This document shows positions 57,114 through 64,000 of a DNA stretch of 64,000 nucleotides, piece by piece; the stretch's first letter is position 1, and every line of letters starts with the position of its first letter. The position numbers were made by a program, and so were the translations under genes. Source of the stretch: an archaeon (GTDB taxonomy: Archaea; Nanobdellota; Nanobdellia; Pacearchaeales; GW2011-AR1); assembly GCA_024653565.1 (NCBI GenBank), contig JANLIK010000015.1, positions 21,289-85,288 on the forward strand, written 5' to 3'. The notes under the pieces were generated by a model. That model searched no databases. It saw nothing but the letters and a program-made list of their open reading frames with translations, and was not told the origin of the DNA.

Positions 57114-57503
57114 ATGAACCAAAAACTCCTCAACTATGTTCTTGAAGCAAGGCGAAGAGGTTACAGCGACCAAATGATAAAGAATCTACTTCTCAAATAT
57201 AATTGGACAGAAAAAACAATAAAAGAAGTCTTCTCTGAACTCAATAAAGAATCAAAAAAGATTATAACAAAAAAAGATGTGGGTAACAAAGTCAAAACAT
57301 TCGCCTACTTGGATAAATCAATCATAGATTCATTAGAAAAAAGGGCGGTCAAAAATCTCTTTACCCTAAACGAACAAATCGAAGATATTTTGAGAAGAAG
57401 CGTTGTCAATCAAAAGAAAAGGCCCTCTAAAATCACCGACAACATCGATGATAAGCTACTAACAATCTTTTCTAGAAAGAATACGGGACCAAAGAAGAGG
57501 TGA
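57114..57503 (+). CDS. Hypothetical basic protein (129 aa)
   Basis: ORF only. Confidence 0.4.
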   Translation: MNQKLLNYVLEARRRGYSDQMIKNLLLKYNWTEKTIKEVFSELNKESKKIITKKDVGNKVKTFAYLDKSIIDSLEKRAVKNLFTLNEQIEDILRRSVVNQKKRPSKITDNIDDKLLTIFSRKNTGPKKR

Positions 57504-57562
57504 ATTGTCTCAGATATCCTATATTTAGCAACATTTAAATATCTCAATCGCTAATTAAAAAT

Positions 57563-57745
57563 ATGGTAAATGCGGTTTTAGAAGCTTTAGCTGAAGAGGC
57601 CCCTAGTGTAATGACTGCCGGAGAAGAAGCATATCTCTCTAGCATGATGCCCGAAGTAAGACAGGAAGGATATACCTGTGTTTCGGGGTGCAGTAATTGT
57701 GTCAGTTGCGATGGCAACGATCGCTACGCTTCAAAAGAAAAATAG
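57563..57745 (+). CDS. Candidate RiPP precursor peptide (60 aa; acidic leader plus C-terminal core with 5 Cys: YTCVSGCSNCVSCDGNDRY)
   Basis: Small ORF immediately upstream of a radical SAM/SPASM enzyme. Cys-rich C-terminal core. Confidence 0.5.
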   Translation: MVNAVLEALAEEAPSVMTAGEEAYLSSMMPEVRQEGYTCVSGCSNCVSCDGNDRYASKEK

Positions 57746-57797
57746 AATTTTAATTAGGGCCTATTTAAGAGGTTGTTTTAGATAGAAAGGTATTCAA

Positions 57798-58889
57798 ATG
57801 ACAAAAAAGCAACTGTTCATTCAATGGGATTCGACAAATGATTGTAATCTTAGGTGTCGCCATTGTTACCATAATGAAAAGGGTGAAAAAGCCCATAGAC
57901 AAGAAGACTCTGACTTAATGAGTCTCTCCGAAGTAGAAGACATGGTTGATGATCTTGTAGATACATCTCAAAGATGGGGTATGGACCCAAGGTTTCACAT
58001 TTCTGGTGGAGAACCTCTAAAGCGAAGGGATTTATTTAAAATCTTAGAGTATACTCAACAAAGGGGTGTAGCCACAAAAATTCTTACTAATGGAACCCTA
58101 ATAACACCTGAAAAAGCAAGAGCATTGAAAGAAAGAGGAATAAAAAGATTACAAATTTCAGTTGATGGAGACAGAGAAAGGCATAATGATGTAAGACAAA
58201 GACCCTATGCCTTTGATAGGGCTATGCAAGGTATTGCTAATTGTCGGGCAGAAGATATAGGAGTTACAGTCTCTTTTACAGCCATGCAATCAAACAAAGA
58301 CCATATTGAGCAGGCCATAAAAGATTCTATAGAGGCTGGAGCAGATATATTTGGAATTCAGTCCTATGTTCCAACAAGAGAGCTGGGAGTTAATGACCCC
58401 GAATTTATTGATGCAAAAGGGATGTATGATATTTATAAGGTCCAAAGAGAATTAGAAGAAAGATATGGAGATAAAATATCTCTCCTCGAAACAGAAGTCT
58501 TATGGCACTTAATGCATTGTGATGACCCTTTAAAAGAGGCTTCTAGAGAAAAAGGAAAATATTTAGGGGGTTGTGGTGCAGGATTTTCAGGAGTTGCAGT
58601 TCTTTCTAATGGAGTAGTTTATCCATGTAGAAGACTCCCAATAGAGATAGGGCATATTAGTGAAGGACTAGTTAGGCTTATCACAGAAAAGAAAGTCATG
58701 AAAGATTTAAGAGATTTGGAGCGTTTAAAAAAAGAATTTGGTTGTGAATATGTTTCTCACTGTAAGGGATGTAGAGCAATAGCATATGCAACAACAGGAG
58801 ATTTTATGAATAAAGACCCTATGTGTTTTAGAAACCTAGTTAAACCAGGAGACCTCAAGGACAGGTATACAAAAGATGCAACCAGCTAA
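57798..58889 (+). CDS. Radical SAM protein with a C-terminal SPASM domain (peptide-modifying maturase type)
   Basis: CNLRCRHCY (CxxxCxxC) motif and C-terminal auxiliary-cluster cysteines (CGAGFSG...C, CKGCRAIAY...C). Confidence 0.85.
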   Translation: MTKKQLFIQWDSTNDCNLRCRHCYHNEKGEKAHRQEDSDLMSLSEVEDMVDDLVDTSQRWGMDPRFHISGGEPLKRRDLFKILEYTQQRGVATKILTNGTLITPEKARALKERGIKRLQISVDGDRERHNDVRQRPYAFDRAMQGIANCRAEDIGVTVSFTAMQSNKDHIEQAIKDSIEAGADIFGIQSYVPTRELGVNDPEFIDAKGMYDIYKVQRELEERYGDKISLLETEVLWHLMHCDDPLKEASREKGKYLGGCGAGFSGVAVLSNGVVYPCRRLPIEIGHISEGLVRLITEKKVMKDLRDLERLKKEFGCEYVSHCKGCRAIAYATTGDFMNKDPMCFRNLVKPGDLKDRYTKDATS

Positions 58890-59379
58890 ACCTATAATTG
58901 TGGAGATTATGCAAAAATTAAACCCTACATCTGTTTTGGATATCGGCTGTGGTAAATGTAAATTTTCTCAAAAATTTATTGACTTGGGAATAAATGTAAT
59001 AGGAATTGATAGAAAACCCACAACCCAATCATCAGAGAATTTCACATTCATCCAACAAGACATATTAGACTTTAAATTCGAGCCGAAATACGATTTAATT
59101 GTTGGGACGGGGATTTTACATTTGTTAAAAGAAGAAGAAGCTAAACAATTAATAAAAAAAATGCAAAAAAACACTATTAGAGAAGGCTTCCACTTTCTAA
59201 TTTGTATGTCTAATGAAGAGAATCCAGAAAACGAGATTTATTTTTATCCAGATGAAGAGGTATTAAATAAATTATACCCTGATTGGGAAATCATTTACAA
59301 TACCTCTGTGCTTTCCAAAGAACATGGTAAACCCCCACATCGACATAAAATGATTTTATTTCTGGCCAAAAAGGTTTAA
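58876..59379 (+). CDS. Class I SAM-dependent methyltransferase
   Basis: VLDIGCGKCKFS glycine-rich SAM-binding motif. Confidence 0.7.
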   Translation: MQPAKPIIVEIMQKLNPTSVLDIGCGKCKFSQKFIDLGINVIGIDRKPTTQSSENFTFIQQDILDFKFEPKYDLIVGTGILHLLKEEEAKQLIKKMQKNTIREGFHFLICMSNEENPENEIYFYPDEEVLNKLYPDWEIIYNTSVLSKEHGKPPHRHKMILFLAKKV

Positions 59380-59380
59380 C

Positions 59381-60118
59381 ATGGAAGATTTTAATCGGAA
59401 TTTTTCAGAGGTTTACGAAGTTGAAGGACAAAAAATTGTATCTAAAAGACACCAAAAGCCAATTTTCCTAAGAAGAGAATTATTCTTTTATGATTTGTTC
59501 CAAAAAACAGGATTAGTTAGAACGCCAAAAGTTTATGGGGTTGAAGGGCTTTGTCTCAAAACACATTTTATAGAAACTGAAAAAAAAGACATTCTTCAAA
59601 CAGCCGCAGAATGGGCAAGAGTCCATTCATATTTTATAAAAAATCCCCTTCCTAATAATCGATTGTTATTCCCCCATAACATACAGGCTGTTGCCTCATT
59701 TATTCTTGAAAATAAGGATGCCTTCGGTGAACTTGGGGCTCTTGTTGAAAAAGCACTATCTGACTTAAAAGTAGAAATGGAATTAACAACAATTCTTCAT
59801 GGAGACTTACAGGACAAAAATATGGTCACATTTCAGGGGCAAAATTATTATTTTGATTTTGAGTTAAGTGGACTGGGACATCCTGGGAGAGATGTTGCCT
59901 CAATGATAATCTCTAACCCAGATAGAAGGAAGGAGATAGAAAGAATTTATAGAACAAATATTGATTTTGATTATTCTCTTCTTGGAGAAGACACAAATAC
60001 ATGGCTAATAGCAAGAGCAGCAGAATTATATTTAATACTTAGTAAAAGAAAAGGTCCAACAGAAGTAAAAAGGAGGATTAAAAGTAGATTATTAGATATT
60101 ATTCAAAGTTCTAAATAA
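59381..60118 (+). CDS. Aminoglycoside/choline-kinase-like phosphotransferase (APH fold)
   Basis: Brenner-like motif HGDLQDKN and a downstream D...G motif. Confidence 0.6.
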   Translation: MEDFNRNFSEVYEVEGQKIVSKRHQKPIFLRRELFFYDLFQKTGLVRTPKVYGVEGLCLKTHFIETEKKDILQTAAEWARVHSYFIKNPLPNNRLLFPHNIQAVASFILENKDAFGELGALVEKALSDLKVEMELTTILHGDLQDKNMVTFQGQNYYFDFELSGLGHPGRDVASMIISNPDRRKEIERIYRTNIDFDYSLLGEDTNTWLIARAAELYLILSKRKGPTEVKRRIKSRLLDIIQSSK

Positions 60119-60140
60119 TCTTTTATTAAAACTCAATAAG

Positions 60141-61019
60141 ATGCCTACATTTGAAACTAGGTCAAAAGTTTATCCATTTACTACAGAAAATCTTGCAGGA
60201 TACATGCCTAATTTAAATTTAGAAGGAAAGAAAGTTCTAACAGTCACAGGTTCTGCAGACCATATGATAAATTCTTTTTTATTTGGAGCAGAAGATGTTG
60301 TTTGTTTTGACATAAATACTCTTGCTACTTTCTTTGCAGAACTTAAAATTAAAGCATTAAAAAGGTTAGATTTTGAGCAGTTCAAAAGATTCTTTTTACT
60401 AGGCGATGGAGGAACAATGGATTTTAAGGTTTACTCTTCCATAAGAAACGAATTATCTCTTGGTTGCGTTAGATTTTTTGATGGAGTCTACAGAATCAAT
60501 GAAATGGATGGGGAAGAAGTTCGAAGATCAAAGTTATTTAATAAAAGATTTGATATTGATAAATTAAGAATTCGAAGTAATCCTTATTTACATTCAGAAG
60601 AACAATATGAAGCAGTTAGAGCAAGAGTAAAATCGGAGGTTAAATTAATCAACTCATCTGCCAAAGACTTAGCATCTAAATTAGATGAAGAATTTGGGGT
60701 AGTCATGCTCTCAAATCTAGCCGATTATACTCAAAGTATGTTTCCCCATAGTCCTAATCATCTAGAAAGATTCTGTAGGAAAATAGTCTCTCCAATAAGA
60801 GATCATTTAAGCCAGGGAGGGGTTATTTGTGGCGCCTATGTTTATGATGCAAGCCCGATGGGAGAAAAAACCCCAAGATATAAGGGTCCTGTAGATGACC
60901 CTGCAAAAAGAAGAACAAGTTTTGAAACTTTAGAAATGGCTTATGAAGAAAGAAAATTTCCATGTATTGTCCCAGGTAAAGAAGATAGGGAAGATTTAGT
61001 AGTTATATTGACTAAATAA
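60141..61019 (+). CDS. Methyltransferase-like protein (DUF3419-like; weak)
   Basis: VLTVTGSADHMINSFLFGAEDVVCFDIN resembles a SAM-binding region. Low certainty. Confidence 0.4.
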   Translation: MPTFETRSKVYPFTTENLAGYMPNLNLEGKKVLTVTGSADHMINSFLFGAEDVVCFDINTLATFFAELKIKALKRLDFEQFKRFFLLGDGGTMDFKVYSSIRNELSLGCVRFFDGVYRINEMDGEEVRRSKLFNKRFDIDKLRIRSNPYLHSEEQYEAVRARVKSEVKLINSSAKDLASKLDEEFGVVMLSNLADYTQSMFPHSPNHLERFCRKIVSPIRDHLSQGGVICGAYVYDASPMGEKTPRYKGPVDDPAKRRTSFETLEMAYEERKFPCIVPGKEDREDLVVILTK

Positions 61020-61089
61020 CTTTGGTTTTAGTTCTAAAACTCAATCTTTTCTAGAAAGAATACCGGGCCGAAGAAAAAATAATCTAACC

Positions 61090-61554
61090 TTAAACACCAA
61101 ACCACCCTCTAACTTGGGCTCGGACATTATCCATCAACCTCAACTCAGTAGGATTAAGTTCTTCTAAAGAATAACCAGGTGTTGTAAAGAATTTCATTGA
61201 ATCATATCCTCTAATATCTGTTCTATGTTCTCTCTTTAAATCAAAAGATATTATAGCAAGTTCAGCTCCACTTCCTTCACCATAGGAAGTAGATATATTT
61301 CCACTAGTCGTTGCAGATCCTGGGTCAGAAATATGTTTCCCAGTAAGACTCCCCAAATTATTTCTTTCAGGAACAATATTCTCATTACTTGAAACTCGAT
61401 AATTAATTGTTGTAGCAGGTCCAATTCCTCTGGCCACATGAGTTAAAAGGCCACCAACTTCTTTATGATCAATTGATCTAGGAAAATTAATTGTTGATCT
61501 AGCCATCAATTTCTCAATATCGCTAACTTCTCTATCTCCTGCCATGAAAAACAA
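61090..61554 (-). CDS. Hypothetical protein (154 aa)
   Basis: ORF preceded by the conserved CACAATAATTCTT promoter/leader motif. The first codons (MFFMAGD) are shared with the HIT gene. Confidence 0.45.
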   Translation of the reverse strand: MFFMAGDREVSDIEKLMARSTINFPRSIDHKEVGGLLTHVARGIGPATTINYRVSSNENIVPERNNLGSLTGKHISDPGSATTSGNISTSYGEGSGAELAIISFDLKREHRTDIRGYDSMKFFTTPGYSLEELNPTELRLMDNVRAQVRGWFGV

Positions 61555-61695
61555 ACCAATTATAGGTTTAAAAGAATTATTGTGGTTAAAAACACAATCA
61601 CATATTTTCCATAGACATCACTCCCTCGATGTCGAATACAATGGTTTTAATCACCATAATAAAACATAATTAAATGATTATAAAAACTTGTTTTT

Positions 61696-62556
61696 TCAAT
61701 CAAACCCCATTACAATCTTACAATCTCCAGGACATTCCCTAAAGTTCTCTCCATTATCACAGGTTCCATCGCCACAGATGTTTCCACAATCTCCACCCGT
61801 TTGTTTAGGACAATACTTATCACTTAACGAATCATCTTCTCCAGGAGAGCATATTCCATCGCCACACTTTATCCAATCACAGTCTGCAGGACATTCTTGG
61901 GGATTTTCTCCCTTATCACAGGTTCCATCGCCACAAATGTTCCCGCAATCTCCACCCGTTTGTTTGGGACAATACTTCTCACTTAAAGGATTGTCTTCAC
62001 CACAACTATATCCCTTACATTTTCCATCTCCACAAGTTCCACAACAATCATTATAACAATTCTTTGGATTCTCTCCAGCCTCACATTTATTATTCCCACA
62101 CTCTGAACCCAAATCATTAATCTCATTTTTAGGAGCCTTTGGTTTAACAAATAGGTTTTGGAAAAAATGGAGAATTCTAAACTTGATATTAGAAATGAAA
62201 CCAACACCCCTATACTCAATCCCTCCAGTGGCCAATGCCTCTTGAAAATCTAAAGTACCTTCCATTAACTCATTAAGAACACCGCTACCAACATAAATAT
62301 TAAGTGATGGCTTCTCGACTCCACCATTTCCCTCTTCAATAATCTTTCCTTCTGAAGTAATCAAATGATAAGACAATTCTTCATCAAGATAAACATCTAT
62401 TCTTTGATTTCCAAATATCCTATCAACAGAAGACGTTCCCGCGATGTTATCATTATAATAAGTAGAAAATTGAGATATTTCTCTGCTCTCTGCGCTAACA
62501 ACCAATGATAAAAAGACAACTATAAATAGCCCTATAAAAGCCAATCCTCTTTTCAT
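61696..62556 (-). CDS. Secreted protein with three Cys-rich repeats, CGDGTCD.GEN..EC style
   Basis: Signal peptide. Repeated C.K..GGDCGNICGDGTCD.GEN..ECP.DC modules resemble myxobacterial-type disulfide repeats. Confidence 0.55.
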   Translation of the reverse strand: MKRGLAFIGLFIVVFLSLVVSAESREISQFSTYYNDNIAGTSSVDRIFGNQRIDVYLDEELSYHLITSEGKIIEEGNGGVEKPSLNIYVGSGVLNELMEGTLDFQEALATGGIEYRGVGFISNIKFRILHFFQNLFVKPKAPKNEINDLGSECGNNKCEAGENPKNCYNDCCGTCGDGKCKGYSCGEDNPLSEKYCPKQTGGDCGNICGDGTCDKGENPQECPADCDWIKCGDGICSPGEDDSLSDKYCPKQTGGDCGNICGDGTCDNGENFRECPGDCKIVMGFD

Positions 62557-62594
62557 TACAGAACAAGATAAACTGATTTTAAAAACACTTCCAA

Positions 62595-63458
62595 TTACAT
62601 ATCTTCCATTGCGGGAGCATCATCTAAGAATTTTGCTTCTAAACCGAGCTTTCCAAAATAATCACACATTGCAATACACGCAAACTTCTCAGTAGAATAA
62701 TGTGTTCCTCCAAGAATGTTGATTTTATGTTCTCTAGCAAAATCATGAGCTTCTACAGAGGGTAAGTAAGTAGATTTTGGCTTAGATATTCCTGTAACAA
62801 AAACATTTACTCCTTCTCCAAACAATTCTTGATGAGTTAAAATTTCATTGCCCCCTCCAGCCACTATCCCCACTAATCCTCCAACTATTTCATCATCTCC
62901 ATAACTATATAACGAAACATCATGCCCAACAGCTTCCGCAAACTTCTTTTGTAATTCTCTCACTGTTTGAATATTTGTTTTACCAATCACCCCAGCCATT
63001 GCACCATGATATGGCAAGAAAGATTTTACAGGAGTAATACCCAAAGCTTTTGCTAAAGCAAACGAAGTACCCTGTTCCATATAATTATCTAAAGGCACAT
63101 GTAAGTTGTACACAGAAATTCTTCTCGCCTTAAATTCCTTAAGTAATTCAGGATTCATATTCTGCCAAAGCTTAGGCAACGCAGGATTCCAAACTGCCGG
63201 ATGATGAACAAACAACATAGCATCTTCTGCGCCATCATCTAAAATTTCTTGCATAACTTTATCAGAAGGAAAAACAGCAGTATACACCCTCTTAACATCC
63301 TCAGTAAAATCACAGGCTAGTCCCATCCACCTTTCCTTATACCTATCAGTAAGAAACTCTCTTACGTTCCCAGTTTTATGCTCTCCACTCCAATCATCAC
63401 TAAGCTCAGGAGTTATGAAATCTCTTTCCAAGGCCTCATAAATCTTTACTGCTTTCAT
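62595..63458 (-). CDS. Nif3 family dinuclear-metal-centre protein (YqfO/YbgI-like)
   Basis: Length and conserved His/Glu pattern of Nif3 (DUF34), for example FVHHPAVWNP and GGTHYSTEKF. Confidence 0.7.
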   Translation of the reverse strand: MKAVKIYEALERDFITPELSDDWSGEHKTGNVREFLTDRYKERWMGLACDFTEDVKRVYTAVFPSDKVMQEILDDGAEDAMLFVHHPAVWNPALPKLWQNMNPELLKEFKARRISVYNLHVPLDNYMEQGTSFALAKALGITPVKSFLPYHGAMAGVIGKTNIQTVRELQKKFAEAVGHDVSLYSYGDDEIVGGLVGIVAGGGNEILTHQELFGEGVNVFVTGISKPKSTYLPSVEAHDFAREHKINILGGTHYSTEKFACIAMCDYFGKLGLEAKFLDDAPAMEDM

Positions 63459-63496
63459 AAAATTAACACCATTTAAGGATATAAAAATCTTCCCAA

Positions 63497-64000
63497 CTAC
63501 CCAGCATATTTCGCACTACTCTCTGCTAAAGCTGCCTTCGCCGACCTAAGATACTTTGCTTCAACTTGTTTGTATCTCTCTTGATCGTTCTTTGAAACCG
63601 AAGGTAGAACTTTATCCATTGCCTTATCAAAATATTTCTTTGTTACAATCTTTGAATTAATATCATCTCGGAGAGAAAGCATTGCGGCTTCTCTAACTAA
63701 TGCCTCTATATCTGCACCAGTATGCCCATCAGTATCTGCTGCAATTATCCCTAAATCAACAGACTTATCTAAAGGCATATTCTTTGTATGAATTTGTAAA
63801 ATCTTTAATCTGCCAGCCTCATCAGGAACATTAACATAAACAATCCTATCAAATCTTCCAGGCCTCATCAATGCAGAATCTAACATATCAGGCCTATTTG
63901 TCGCACCAATAACAATCACATTAGCCAAATCTTCAATACCATCCATCTCAGAAAGTAATTGATTCAAAACATTCTCCGTTACCTTTGCTCCGCCACCAAA
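63497..64000 (-). CDS. AAA+ ATPase (CDC48/PAN-type) C-terminal part; the gene continues beyond the window end
   Basis: Second-region-of-homology and sensor-2 region GATNRPDMLDSALMRPGRFDR. The reading frame is open to position 64000. Confidence 0.8.
   Translation of the reverse strand, partial: FGGGAKVTENVLNQLLSEMDGIEDLANVIVIGATNRPDMLDSALMRPGRFDRIVYVNVPDEAGRLKILQIHTKNMPLDKSVDLGIIAADTDGHTGADIEALVREAAMLSLRDDINSKIVTKKYFDKAMDKVLPSVSKNDQERYKQVEAKYLRSAKAALAESSAKYAG

Overview
This is an AT-rich archaeal chromosome segment, by eye roughly one-third G+C, densely packed with short overlapping genes. The housekeeping genes are archaeal: PheRS alpha and beta, LeuRS, FEN-1, a family-B DNA polymerase, a TFE-like factor, MetAP and GlmS, plus a short bacterial-type AlaRS of 596 aa. 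Together with many tiny membrane-protein ORFs, this looks like a small-genome, DPANN-like archaeon (inference from gene content, not from any database hit).

The standout feature is a roughly 7 kb strongly G+C-rich island at about 30.1-37.2 kb. It is organised as four self-contained cassettes, each with a leader, a strong GGAAGGA-type Shine-Dalgarno and a GC-hairpin terminator. They encode a bacterial-type lipoprotein, a 979-aa major vault protein (MVP) homolog, an M29 aminopeptidase and a triplicated multi-CxxC zinc-ribbon-like protein. I interpret this as a horizontally acquired, possibly vault-like nanocompartment gene set; assembly chimerism must be excluded first. A second G+C-rich block at 45.65-47.13 kb has no ORFs and ends in the same style of GC hairpin.

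Other notable items:
- A tRNA-Thr and an intron-containing tRNA-Glu, each accompanied by a duplicated tRNA-terminus fragment fused to a shared ~55-nt motif.
- A surface and membrane protein island at 20.5-30 kb, including a 1043-aa protein with MopE-like DNDGDG repeats, tandem paralogs, and a shared palindromic leader.
- A C5-cytosine methyltransferase with candidate restriction genes.
- An AbrB-like / Cas4-like nuclease / Doc-toxin three-gene module.
- A radical-SAM/SPASM RiPP-like cluster with a Cys-rich precursor peptide.

No CRISPR array, rRNA, integrase or transposase was recognised.
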